This document shows positions 9,423 to 19,097 of a DNA stretch of 64,000 bases, piece by piece; positions within the stretch are counted from its first letter, which is position 1; each line of letters begins with the position of its first letter. A program made the position numbers and the translations under genes. The stretch spans positions 576-64,575 of the forward strand of contig CAZIOU010000003.1 in the NCBI GenBank assembly GCA_964540995.1, given 5' to 3'. Origin of the DNA: an uncultured Gammaproteobacteria bacterium (GTDB lineage Bacteria > Patescibacteriota > Patescibacteriia > UBA1558 > 2-01-FULL-52-15). Below the pieces are notes generated by a model, which was given only the letters and a program-made list of their open reading frames with translations, was not told where the DNA came from and did no database searches.

Positions 9423-10190
9423 ATGAAACTAATCTCACTCAACACATGGGGAGGACGGGCGGGGAAAGAAAAATTGTTAGATTTTTTTGCTAGATATCGC
9501 GACGTCGATATTTTTTGTTTGCAAGAAATTTGTGCTGGACCATTTCCCGAGCTTGAAGGTACTCAAGCAGGCGGTAAGACGCTTAAGCACGAAGAGGTGA
9601 TGGTATACGGAAGACAAGAGATTGCTGAGTTATTGAAGAATGACTATGTTTCTTTTTTTGATCCTCACTTCTTAGATATTTACGGTTTAATGCTGCTGAT
9701 GAAGAAAGATATTCCTGCAATTTCACAAGGAGATACATTTGTCTATCGCGAAAAAGGACACGTTCCCAGCGGTGATGCCGGTAATCATGCACGCAATATT
9801 CAGTACGCCACTATTCAGACCACGAAAGGCCCCGTGACTCTTGTTAACTTTCATGGATTGTGGAATGGCGGTGGCAAGGGCGATAGCGAAGATAGATTAT
9901 TACAGTCGGATCGTATTATTGAGTTTCTCAAATCTCTGACGAATCCATATATATTTTGTGGTGATTTTAATCTCAAGCCTGATACCGAAAGCTTGAAAAA
10001 GTTCGAAACATTGGGACTACGCAATTTGATCAAAGAATTCGGCATTACCTCCACCAGAACGAGCCTCTATACTAAGGAGGAGAAGTTTGCCGACTACACC
10101 TTCGTCAGTAATGGTATAATGGTTAAGGACTTCAAAGTATTGCCAGACGAGGTTTCTGATCATGCGGCAATGTATCTTGAATTTGACTAA
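9423..10190 (+). CDS. Endonuclease/exonuclease/phosphatase (EEP) family protein
   Basis: ISLNTW, FCLQE, GDFN and SDH motifs. Confidence 0.9.
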   Translation: MKLISLNTWGGRAGKEKLLDFFARYRDVDIFCLQEICAGPFPELEGTQAGGKTLKHEEVMVYGRQEIAELLKNDYVSFFDPHFLDIYGLMLLMKKDIPAISQGDTFVYREKGHVPSGDAGNHARNIQYATIQTTKGPVTLVNFHGLWNGGGKGDSEDRLLQSDRIIEFLKSLTNPYIFCGDFNLKPDTESLKKFETLGLRNLIKEFGITSTRTSLYTKEEKFADYTFVSNGIMVKDFKVLPDEVSDHAAMYLEFD

Positions 10191-10208
10191 TATATCACGC
10201 GTACAATC

Positions 10209-11516
10209 TTGAGATCGGGTAAGGTTAGCCTTATTTATTTGCTACTGCTGGTGCTTATCGGCGGAGGGGTTTTCTGGTTTCTACGTCAATCAGACTGGAA
10301 ACAGACCAAAAGCTTGGTCAAGCAGGCTACCAGTGAAGCCAAAGCCAAATCAGAAGTACCATCCAGAGTGATCGAGATCCCGAGCGGAGAGACTTTCGGG
10401 GCGCTACTACAAGACAATGGATTTACCGGTGCTGAAGCGCAGGCCATAGTTGAAGCAAGTAAAGATGTCTATGATCTGACTACGATCCGCGCTGGTAAGA
10501 AGATAGAGCTTTATACTGATGAGGCAGGGGAGGTGCAGAAGTTGAAATATAATATTAATACGGAAGAGTACTTAGAGGTTAGTCGGGACTCGTCACTCGG
10601 TACTGGGAAGTCCAATTCTCAAGTCACGAGCATCGACTCTTCAGTGACGAGCACCGAGTACCGAGTCCCAAGTCCCCATCCCTGGACTGCTGTGAAAGTC
10701 AAAGTTCCGTACGAAGTCAAGATTCAGACAGCACAAGGTACGGTCAAAGATATTTTCTATTCTTCGGCCTTGGAGCAGGGGATAGATGAATTATTGGTTT
10801 TGGACATTGCCGATCTATTTCAATGGCAAGTTGATTTCGCCTTGGACATTCGTAACGGTGATAGTTATAAGGTCATCTACGAAGCCCGTTATCTGGACGG
10901 TAAATACGTCATGCCTGGTAAGATTTTGGCAGCCGAATTTATTAACCAAGGCCAAAGCTATAAGGCGTTCAATTTCACTGACGCCGAAGGTAATGACAGT
11001 TATTATGATCAAGATGGTAATTCGACCGAGAAGATGTTCCTCAAAGCACCGGTATCCTTCAAATATATTTCTTCCGGCTTCACGACCGGTAAACGTTATG
11101 TTAGCGCGTTCAATGTTTCTACTGGTCACCGAGCGATTGATTATGCCGCTGCCGCTGGTACACCCATACGCGCTACAGCTGACGGCACGGTCACGTATGC
11201 TGGTTGGACCAACGCCGGCTACGGCAATCTGACGAGTATTCGCCACAACAGTACCTATTCTACTAATTACGGCCATCAGTCTAAGATTCTTGTTAAGGTG
11301 GGGCAGAAGGTCAAGCAAGGCCAGACTATCGGCTACGTCGGCTCTACTGGATTCTCGACCGGTCCACATCTGCATTATGAAATGGTCAAGAACGGTGTGA
11401 AGATCAATCCGCAACACGAAGTCTTACCACCAGGGAAATCTCTTGGAGCTGAAAGTAAAGAAGCCTTTGCTCAAGTTGTAGCTGAATATAGTCAGAAGTT
11501 AGAGGCGATTAAATAA
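10209..11516 (+). CDS. M23-family peptidoglycan endopeptidase (MepM-like) with in-frame repeat insertion
   Basis: HRAIDY, YGH, TGPHLHY zinc motifs; N-terminal TM. Confidence 0.92.
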   Translation: MRSGKVSLIYLLLLVLIGGGVFWFLRQSDWKQTKSLVKQATSEAKAKSEVPSRVIEIPSGETFGALLQDNGFTGAEAQAIVEASKDVYDLTTIRAGKKIELYTDEAGEVQKLKYNINTEEYLEVSRDSSLGTGKSNSQVTSIDSSVTSTEYRVPSPHPWTAVKVKVPYEVKIQTAQGTVKDIFYSSALEQGIDELLVLDIADLFQWQVDFALDIRNGDSYKVIYEARYLDGKYVMPGKILAAEFINQGQSYKAFNFTDAEGNDSYYDQDGNSTEKMFLKAPVSFKYISSGFTTGKRYVSAFNVSTGHRAIDYAAAAGTPIRATADGTVTYAGWTNAGYGNLTSIRHNSTYSTNYGHQSKILVKVGQKVKQGQTIGYVGSTGFSTGPHLHYEMVKNGVKINPQHEVLPPGKSLGAESKEAFAQVVAEYSQKLEAIK

Positions 11517-11520
11517 ACAA

Positions 11521-11552
11521 TTTTAAGAGGAGACCGGTTAGGGTCTCCTCTT
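11521..11552. terminator. Terminator hairpin, identical copy at 12095-12126
   Basis: TTTTAAGAGGAGACCGGTTAGGGTCTCCTCTT at both sites. Confidence 0.75.
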
Positions 11553-11563
11553 TTTTGTCGAGT

Positions 11564-11962
11564 TTAGTCCTCTTGATCAATCTTGATATGACCATTTCGA
11601 GTGACGGGGTCATAATTGACTATCAGCTCACAAGCAGTTTGTGGGCCATGCTTTGTTCTGTAAGCCTGAAAGGCGATTGACGAAACCTCCTTGTATTGAG
11701 CCGGAGTGATAACCAAACTTAGAATCCACCTCAGAGGATTCCGACATTCCTATTCGACTAACCCTTCTTTTCTCATCATCCAGAGACCTACTTGGAGAGA
11801 TCTATGATCGCCCTCATGATTGATAACTTTGAAGTAGACAGTCCGAAGGGATCCGCTCTCGATGATTGGTACTGGATCAGTCAATGCCAATTCCAAGTCG
11901 CGGAGTGAGGGACCGTCAACGATAGAGAATGGATCTGGCCTTTTGACGGCTTTCTGTGTCAT
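11564..11962 (-). pseudogene. Paralog of 12399-12839 with in-frame TAG at 11750-11752
   Basis: Frame stays open 61 codons past the TAG; N-terminal and C-terminal similarity to the neighbouring paralog. Confidence 0.65.
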
Positions 11963-12146
11963 CCGACACCTCCTAATGAACGTATTCCTTTACAGGCAGG
12001 AACAGCCCTTTACTCCGCGAGTAGCAGAGCGTATCTACCATACGGCAGATATGGCTTAATTATCATGAGTTTGCTAGGTTGTCAATCGAGACGATTTTAA
12101 GAGGAGACCGGTTAGGGTCTCCTCTTGGTTATAGGTAATAGTTAAT

Positions 12147-12356
12147 TCAGGTGACAAGACGTTGACAGAAATGCCCGAGAAGGCTTCGCGACGGTATCTG
12201 ATCTCGCTCGCCGCGAACCTGATCCATCTGAGCATTCAGACCATCGTCCATGAACAGTTCGTGAATCGATTGAGGGGGAATAATTTTCCCTTCTACTTCG
12301 TTCATGAATAGCTCATGAACTCTGGGATCCACAGTGGTGCTGTCCAGTTGTCTCAT
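12147..12356 (-). CDS. Hypothetical protein
   Basis: AAGGAG SD; internal HELFM repeat. Confidence 0.45.
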   Translation of the reverse strand: MRQLDSTTVDPRVHELFMNEVEGKIIPPQSIHELFMDDGLNAQMDQVRGERDQIPSRSLLGHFCQRLVT

Positions 12357-12398
12357 TTTTACTCCTTAGGTCTCGTAGGAATAGGAGTTGACGGACTG

Positions 12399-12839
12399 TT
12401 AAGGTCGTAGCTGTCTCCATGGTGGGTTAGTCAGAACGATGCGACCTCGTTTGCGCTCATAATCGTAGAGCGCGGCAATTTCACCGATATCGTACTCATC
12501 GTCGAAACGCTGTTCTAACTCCTCGTTGGGTTCGCTAGTGGGGTTGAAGATATGCCTAGCATCGAACCCTCGCATCACAAGGCCGAGATCAAGGCTTGTC
12601 TTGGTGGTCTCGCTTAGGTCATCCGTCGGTAGGCCGACATGGCGGATCATCCATATTTCTACTATGGCGTCCACCGTCCTGCCATCAATAGCGATGATGG
12701 AAAATTTAACCTTTCGCATAAATTTAGCTTCATCTGTCGATGCGGGCCGCCCGAGTGGCCAGGGGTCGGTCATGGCTAACTCGATTTCCCGCAATGATGG
12801 GCCAGCAACAATGTCGAAAGCTTGTGGTGTATCTGACAT
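12399..12839 (-). CDS. Hypothetical protein
   Basis: GGAGG SD; paralog of 11564-11962. Confidence 0.65.
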   Translation of the reverse strand: MSDTPQAFDIVAGPSLREIELAMTDPWPLGRPASTDEAKFMRKVKFSIIAIDGRTVDAIVEIWMIRHVGLPTDDLSETTKTSLDLGLVMRGFDARHIFNPTSEPNEELEQRFDDEYDIGEIAALYDYERKRGRIVLTNPPWRQLRP

Positions 12840-12859
12840 AGCTTCCTCCGAAGACAGGA

Positions 12860-13336
12860 CTAGCGTCCGTGAGCCTGAAAGCCATGACTCGATCCGAGTA
12901 CGTTAGGAGCGTCTTCACCATCATAAACTGCCGTTTGGCTTTTTTCGCCTTTGGCGAAGAGCTGCAGAGACCACACTATGGATCCATTTCGGCCATTGAG
13001 TGAGGCAGTAATGCGGAAGCCGGTCCATTGCGTTTTACCTCGCGCTAGCAGAAAATCGACGAGAAAGGCAAGAATCTTTTCTGGCGTGGAATCCTTGGCC
13101 CAGTAGCCGATATCGCCTTCAAAGCTTCCGGTGTGCTGCTCGATGCAGGCTTGGCCACGAGTTGGATCGCGATACAGAATTCGATCGTGGTCTTCCATCA
13201 CGAGAGTGTCGACGGTGTCATCATAGTCCAGCGGGAACTGATATTGCCGCATCAACATATTACTGGCGGTGCCCGATAATGAGTCGAGACCACCAAAACG
13301 ATAGCGTTCGGCCAGTGCTACTCGTTCGATTGCCAT
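12860..13336 (-). CDS. Hypothetical protein
   Basis: GGAG SD and TTGACA promoter upstream. Confidence 0.65.
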   Translation of the reverse strand: MAIERVALAERYRFGGLDSLSGTASNMLMRQYQFPLDYDDTVDTLVMEDHDRILYRDPTRGQACIEQHTGSFEGDIGYWAKDSTPEKILAFLVDFLLARGKTQWTGFRITASLNGRNGSIVWSLQLFAKGEKSQTAVYDGEDAPNVLGSSHGFQAHGR

Positions 13337-13461
13337 AGTAATCTCCAAAGTGAGAGAAATGTAATGAACGGTGATAGGATAAAATACTATTTATGTGTAA
13401 TATTGTCAAGGTAGTGAAACCTTGATTTTATTGCCATTTTATGGCATTGTTCAATATCGAT

Positions 13462-14985
13462 ATGACAAAAAACTCCAAAGATTACTTTCTCTACCGCTTC
13501 TGGGAGATTATCCCAGGCAGCTTAGTTTGGCTGACCTTTATCTTGGCTATTGGCTTGTCGCTCTGGCAGCCATTGTGGGGTATCTATTTCATCTTGATCT
13601 TTGATGTCTATTGGGTATTGCGGGTCACCTATTTGTTGGTTTTCCTTTTGCTGTCGTGGCGTAAATTTAGACAGAATATCAAACTCAATTGGTTCGCCAA
13701 ATTGAAGACAGAATTCGGTACTGGCGACAAAGTCTGGTCTGACTACCGCCATATAATTTTCTTGCCGATGTACAAAGAGCCTCTGTCGGTAGTGGAGGAT
13801 AGTTTCCAGAGTCTAATCGCTACTAACTATGATCACCGGAAGTTTCTCATCGTTTTGGCCGGCGAAGGTGGTGCGCAAGAACACTTTGAGCAAGTCTCGG
13901 CAGCTATCGTCACTAAATATAAGCAACACTTTTTCGATATTGTAGTTACCATTCATCCGCAAGACATTGAAGGTGAATTACGCGGCAAAGGCTCCAATCT
14001 TTATTGGGCGGGGAATAAGACCAAAGAGTATGTCGATCAACAAGGCTGGGATTACAAGCAGATTATTGTGTCCGCTTTTGACATCGATACTAGACCTCAC
14101 GAACAGTATTTCAGTTACTTGACCTATGCTTTCTTAACCAGTCCCAATCCCTATCGCACCAGCTTCCAACCGTTGACCTTATACCACAATAATATCTGGG
14201 AATCTGATCTGGTGACTCGGGTCGTAGCCAATTCGACCACCTTCTGGCTTATGACTGATCTGGCGCGAGCTGATCGGCTATTTACCTTCTCATCACATAG
14301 TATGAGCTGGCAGGCGCTGGTCGATGTCGGCTTCTGGCAAAATAATATCGTGACGGAAGACTCTCGCATCTTTTTGCAATGCTTGATCCACTATGATGGA
14401 GATTATCGGGTAACGCCGATGTATATGACGGTTTCGATGGACACTGTCTATGTCGGTTCGGTCTGGAAAAGTTTACTCAATCAATATAAGCAAATGCGCC
14501 GTTGGGCTTGGGGTGTCGAGCATTATCCTTATATGATGTGGCATTTCCGAGCTAATAAGAAGATTCCGCGTAAGAAGGCGCTAATCTATATTTTCAATCA
14601 GACGGAAGGTGTCTACTCTTGGGCTACCGCTCCAATACTAATCTTTATCATGGGTCATCTACCGCTGTGGATGGCCGATCGTATCAATGAGAATTCAGCT
14701 TTGGCACAGGCAGCACCGCTAATTTTGAGTAATTTGATGACGGCTGCCTTGGCAGGATTAGTCGTAACCGCTTTTATGAGTGTTTATATCTTACCCAAAT
14801 GTCCTTACACCGGAATTCGTAAGTTCTGGGCTTATAGTATGATGCTAGTGCAGTGGGTGTTTTTCCCGATTACTATGATCCTGTGGGGCTCGATACCAGC
14901 TATAGACGCACAAACACGCCTAATGGTAGGCGCGTATATGGGTTTCTGGGTGACAGAGAAGACGAGAGTGGGGAAGAGTAATTAG
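13462..14985 (+). CDS. Membrane GT2-family glycosyltransferase
   Basis: FDID, TEDS, QMRRWAWG motifs; TM helices at both ends. Confidence 0.88.
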   Translation: MTKNSKDYFLYRFWEIIPGSLVWLTFILAIGLSLWQPLWGIYFILIFDVYWVLRVTYLLVFLLLSWRKFRQNIKLNWFAKLKTEFGTGDKVWSDYRHIIFLPMYKEPLSVVEDSFQSLIATNYDHRKFLIVLAGEGGAQEHFEQVSAAIVTKYKQHFFDIVVTIHPQDIEGELRGKGSNLYWAGNKTKEYVDQQGWDYKQIIVSAFDIDTRPHEQYFSYLTYAFLTSPNPYRTSFQPLTLYHNNIWESDLVTRVVANSTTFWLMTDLARADRLFTFSSHSMSWQALVDVGFWQNNIVTEDSRIFLQCLIHYDGDYRVTPMYMTVSMDTVYVGSVWKSLLNQYKQMRRWAWGVEHYPYMMWHFRANKKIPRKKALIYIFNQTEGVYSWATAPILIFIMGHLPLWMADRINENSALAQAAPLILSNLMTAALAGLVVTAFMSVYILPKCPYTGIRKFWAYSMMLVQWVFFPITMILWGSIPAIDAQTRLMVGAYMGFWVTEKTRVGKSN

Positions 14986-14992
14986 AAATAAG

Positions 14993-15164
14993 ATTCAATA
15001 ATCAAGCTACAATAATCAATATCAAATTGCAGAAAACGCCGGTGCACGAGTTTGAATATTGATTATTTCTGTATTGAATATTGTTTGAAATTTGGGTATT
15101 GATTATTGAACATTTCTCTGTATGCTGGATTGCTTCGCCCGCGGACGTTCTCGCAAAAGTGACA
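14993..15164. repeat. AT-rich inverted short-repeat element plus palindromic (RPE-like) repeat
   Basis: CAATAATCAA arm and TTGAATATTG arm, similar to 22055-22230 and 22335-22519; CTGGATTGCTTCG...CTCGCAAAAGTGACA at 15125-15164. Confidence 0.7.
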
Positions 15165-15181
15165 ATAACTTGCTCTAGGCG

Positions 15182-16093
15182 CTAACTAGTAACTATCTTA
15201 TATCCGTTGGCAAATTCTGCCGCGGACATTTTATTTTTGCCTTCTGGTTGAATTTCCAATACTTGCAGGGCAGCGATGCCACAGGCGACCAATAGGTTGT
15301 CTCCCTCTTTCCACCAGGTACCAGCCGGTTTGTGATCGGGATTCTCGGCCAAGTCAGCTTTGGAAATGATAAATCGTTTGTCATTCCAGAAGAAATAAGC
15401 GCTGGGCCAAGGAGTATAGGCGCGAATTTTGTTGCGAACTTCTGTGGCAGCATCGTCCCACATGATCAGGCCGTCTTCTTTGGACAATTTCTTGCACAGG
15501 GTTGCGGCCACATGATTCTGTTCTTCAGCTGTAGTCACACCTTCTAAATACTGTGGTAATTTCTCCGCTAACAATTGAGCAGAAGTTTCCGCCAGACGTT
15601 TCTCGAGATCAAGATAATAGTCACTGGGGTAGATCGGTAATTCCCGCTGCGCTACGATAGGACCGTGATCCATCTGAGCGTCCAGTTGCATCAGCGTGAC
15701 GGCGGTTTCTGGCTCATTGGCTAGGAGCACTGATTGGATAGGAGAGGCTCCACGCCAGCGCGGTAGGCGAGAAGGATGGATATTGAGCGCCGGTAATTCC
15801 GAAAGTTGTAGTACGGCATCGGGTATAATCTTGCCATAAGCAATAACTAGAAAGGTGGCTGGTAAGTAGGGTTGGAGCGAAGCAATGAATGTTTCGTCTA
15901 GTGCTTCGGGTGTTAGGATAGACAGGCCTAATTCCGTGGCGACTTTCTTCACGGGCGACATATTGACTGATTGACCGCGGCCTTGTTCGGAATCTGGCTT
16001 GGTGATGACCGCGCGGATTAGCCCACGTTCAGCTAATTTCTTCAGACTAGGCACGGCGAATTCTGGGCTGCCCCAGAAGATGACTGGATTCAT
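15182..16093 (-). CDS. fmt: Methionyl-tRNA formyltransferase
   Basis: GSPEFA, AYGKI, NIHPSRLPRWRGASPI, MDHGPI. Confidence 0.95.
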   Translation of the reverse strand: MNPVIFWGSPEFAVPSLKKLAERGLIRAVITKPDSEQGRGQSVNMSPVKKVATELGLSILTPEALDETFIASLQPYLPATFLVIAYGKIIPDAVLQLSELPALNIHPSRLPRWRGASPIQSVLLANEPETAVTLMQLDAQMDHGPIVAQRELPIYPSDYYLDLEKRLAETSAQLLAEKLPQYLEGVTTAEEQNHVAATLCKKLSKEDGLIMWDDAATEVRNKIRAYTPWPSAYFFWNDKRFIISKADLAENPDHKPAGTWWKEGDNLLVACGIAALQVLEIQPEGKNKMSAAEFANGYKIVTS

Positions 16094-16096
16094 GGG

Positions 16097-16594
16097 TTAG
16101 ATAGATAATAATGTATCAAGTTTCTTACGACCTTCGATGATGCTCTCGGCCTTATCGATGAAGAGTATGCCATTGAGATGGTCGACTTCATGCTGAATAA
16201 CGATAGCTTCGAAATTTTTGGCTTTGCCGATAACTTTTTTCCCGTTGAGATCAGTGTATTTGTAGCGGATTTTGGCTGAACGTTTGACTGTGCCGAAGAC
16301 TTCTGGGACAGAGAGACAGCCTTCTTCACTAACCATTTTTTCTTTGGAACTGAAAGTAATTTCAGGATTGATCATCGGGATCGCTCCATCTTTGCCATCC
16401 GTCACGACAATCAAGCGGATACTGTGATTGATCTGGGGCGCTGCTAGTCCGACACCTTTGAATTCATGCATAGCCACCATCATTTGTTCGGCTAGTATCC
16501 TGATGTCTGCAGACACAGTAGTAATAGCCTTCGCTTTGTGACGCAGGATTGGCTGGGGGACGGTGATTAAGGTGAGACCTGATCTTAGCTCCAT
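16097..16594 (-). CDS. def: Peptide deformylase
   Basis: GVGLAAPQ, EGCLS, QHEVDHLNG. Confidence 0.97.
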   Translation of the reverse strand: MELRSGLTLITVPQPILRHKAKAITTVSADIRILAEQMMVAMHEFKGVGLAAPQINHSIRLIVVTDGKDGAIPMINPEITFSSKEKMVSEEGCLSVPEVFGTVKRSAKIRYKYTDLNGKKVIGKAKNFEAIVIQHEVDHLNGILFIDKAESIIEGRKKLDTLLSI

Positions 16595-18315
16595 TGGTAG
16601 GGATTAATTTCAATCAATATCCTATTATTGTAGGTTTTGATGAGATTGTCAATGAAGTCGTGGGATAAGCTACCACGAATAATCAGATAGGTGTCGTCAC
16701 GGACAGCTATTGTTGTGCCGGTCTGTGATTCGATGCGTGTAGTCAGTTCTGATTGAATCGTCGGTGCATGGGCTTTATCCTTGATAAAAATCTTATAACT
16801 AGTGGCAAAAGGTGGGTAGTTAAATTCTTGTCGGAAGGCTAATTCTTCGGAAATGAAAGCTTTGAAGTTAGTCAGTGATTGATAGACATAATGAGTCGGT
16901 GTGGCAGTTTGGATAAGGAGTGACTGACTTCGTACGAGTAGCTGCCGCAAGTGTTGGCGGAGCTCTTCGGTAGCATTAAAGTCTGGACGCCACAGCTCAC
17001 CATCGGGATGGATCGCTACCGTGAGATCAAATCTTAGTTCAGTGGATAATATCTTGGAAGTTGCTATGACAATGTCAGCCTGATGAATGGTTGATGTTAA
17101 CCGCTGACTCAAGATAGAAACTTTTTTATCTGGCCAGAGCTCTTGCACTTCGCGTACCAAACGACTTAAACCACTGGAGCGTAATTTGAGCTTGGTACTA
17201 TAGCAGCGGGGACAAGTCATCACGGCTTCGTGTTGCAACTGGCAGTTCCAACAACGCAGATCACGACTTTGGGGTTGGTAACTTAAAGCCCGGTGACAGC
17301 GAGGGCATTCGGCAATCCATTTACAGCGTCCACAAGCCACCATATTGGCTGTGCCGTAGTGATTGAGATAGAGAAGGGTTTTGGGGCTATGAACAGCGGC
17401 CTCTTGTGCTGCTTGTGATAGTAGTCCGCGCCCACCAGAATTGCGCTCACTGGTCATGTCGACAGTGGTTACGGCTTTGCTTTTGTGTTCTATAGATTTG
17501 ACCGGTAGAGCAGTCTGACGGGTAGCTTGGAATAGATTGCAATTGGGAGACGGTGAGGCTAGAAGTAATTTACAGCCGTATAGTCTCTGATAATGACCGA
17601 TGAAATCACTCAGATGCAAGCGAGGATTCTGTTCAGAACGATGCAACTGGGTATTCTCAGCATCGATAACGACAAGCTGTTGTAGATTGTGAAAGGGTAA
17701 AAACAGGCTATGAAATGTCCCGATGATAACAGGAGCAGCATGGGATTGCTCCCAAGCTTGCCAATAGGCTAATTTCTCCACCTTCGATGGTAGTACGAGT
17801 GCTTCGGGGGCAATAGTTCGCGCCAAAGGCAGTAGATAATATTCTGGTACGATGATCAGCGTCTGACCGTGAGCGGCTTTGATGGCTGCTTGGACGTAGG
17901 TTGAAAGACTGCTCCAATCATCATAGATCGCCCAACTATGATACGTATCGGGAGTTACCTCGTTGCTGATGGTGGGTTCGGTTATTGCCGGTGAGTTTTT
18001 GCGTTTTGGTTCATTAGCTACAAATAATGGCAGTAAAGTCGAAGCTGATAGATGATACAGTTCAGCTAAATGTCGAAGGAGTTCAATCTGTTGTCGAGTT
18101 AATTCGGTTGCCGCGATTGAGACGATTGATTGAATCTTGTCCCATGTACTAGAGCTGACAATTTCTAAAACGACGCCAGTGAGATGCTGACGACGGAACG
18201 GTACTTTGACTAGTGAACCAGGATGAATATCTGATTCTAGATGTTGCGGAATCTTATAGTCAAAATAATCCAAGTTCGCCGGCAAACGGCGGAGTGGAGC
18301 GACACGAGCGATCAT
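16585..18315 (-). CDS. priA: Primosomal protein N' (degenerate helicase motifs)
   Basis: FDYKIP/VKVPFR 3'-DNA-binding domain, four CxxC pairs, IQT..P.H and YPPF; synteny with def-fmt. Confidence 0.85.
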   Translation of the reverse strand: MIARVAPLRRLPANLDYFDYKIPQHLESDIHPGSLVKVPFRRQHLTGVVLEIVSSSTWDKIQSIVSIAATELTRQQIELLRHLAELYHLSASTLLPLFVANEPKRKNSPAITEPTISNEVTPDTYHSWAIYDDWSSLSTYVQAAIKAAHGQTLIIVPEYYLLPLARTIAPEALVLPSKVEKLAYWQAWEQSHAAPVIIGTFHSLFLPFHNLQQLVVIDAENTQLHRSEQNPRLHLSDFIGHYQRLYGCKLLLASPSPNCNLFQATRQTALPVKSIEHKSKAVTTVDMTSERNSGGRGLLSQAAQEAAVHSPKTLLYLNHYGTANMVACGRCKWIAECPRCHRALSYQPQSRDLRCWNCQLQHEAVMTCPRCYSTKLKLRSSGLSRLVREVQELWPDKKVSILSQRLTSTIHQADIVIATSKILSTELRFDLTVAIHPDGELWRPDFNATEELRQHLRQLLVRSQSLLIQTATPTHYVYQSLTNFKAFISEELAFRQEFNYPPFATSYKIFIKDKAHAPTIQSELTTRIESQTGTTIAVRDDTYLIIRGSLSHDFIDNLIKTYNNRILIEINPYQWS

Positions 18316-18316
18316 A

Positions 18317-19096
18317 TTAGCCGAGGTGAATTAGCGCATTATAATAGCCAATACCGACAGCGTGCTCGAAGCTAAGTGGCTGGACACTATAATTCTTGGT
18401 CTGTAGTAGACCGAGGGCCATGACGACCGGTCGTAGACCGCATATTGATTGGACCAAAGGATTATCGGTTGGGAGAGCTAGAAGTGCTTTGGTGTCATGA
18501 CGCTCAATCCAGGTGATTATCTTACGGTCGAGAGCGATAGCTTCAGCGTTAGACTGATTCTTGGTGTCATGACTAAGGTCGGCCGAGACAAGAACAGCTA
18601 CTCTTTGATTGGTCAGGTCGAGTGATTCGCGCCAGCGCTCACCGCAGGTATAGTGTGTTAGTAGATCCAATTCATGTGCCGTACCGACAGAAATTACGGG
18701 TATATTCCCAAGTATATCTAGTAAATGAAAGAGGGGTACTGAAGTGGCGTGATCGAGTTCACCGGTTTCTATGGCCACCATCGGAACGGCTGTTTCTATC
18801 GCTTGACGCAAGCTGTAGGCCAAACCGATATTGTTCTGCATCTGGCCATAGGGAGTGAGATCGCCAAAATCACGAAAGGTGACCGTCAAAGTAGTATTTT
18901 GATTGATACTCATGGTGCCAGCTGGAGCTTTGACATGCGGTGAAATAACCAAAATAGTCTCTGGCTTGGAAGCATAGAGTTCCTGTCGGATTTGTTTGAG
19001 ACCGGCCATGGTTGCCGCAATTTGATGGTCGGTGCCTTTTCCGATGGCCGGTATGGAGACGACCGGATGTGCCACGATAGCCGCGAAGCAAATCAT
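18317..19096 (-). CDS. LigB/MEMO-like (AmmeMemoRadiSam B-type) protein
   Basis: ISPH, LDHA..VPL, SADLSH, CGL motifs. Confidence 0.75.
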   Translation of the reverse strand: MICFAAIVAHPVVSIPAIGKGTDHQIAATMAGLKQIRQELYASKPETILVISPHVKAPAGTMSINQNTTLTVTFRDFGDLTPYGQMQNNIGLAYSLRQAIETAVPMVAIETGELDHATSVPLFHLLDILGNIPVISVGTAHELDLLTHYTCGERWRESLDLTNQRVAVLVSADLSHDTKNQSNAEAIALDRKIITWIERHDTKALLALPTDNPLVQSICGLRPVVMALGLLQTKNYSVQPLSFEHAVGIGYYNALIHLG

Positions 19097-19097
19097 G

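Noticed and set aside
11750-11752. Stop-codon reassignment
   Set aside because: TAG, TGA and TAA all terminate conserved genes in the window; only one interrupted gene was found.
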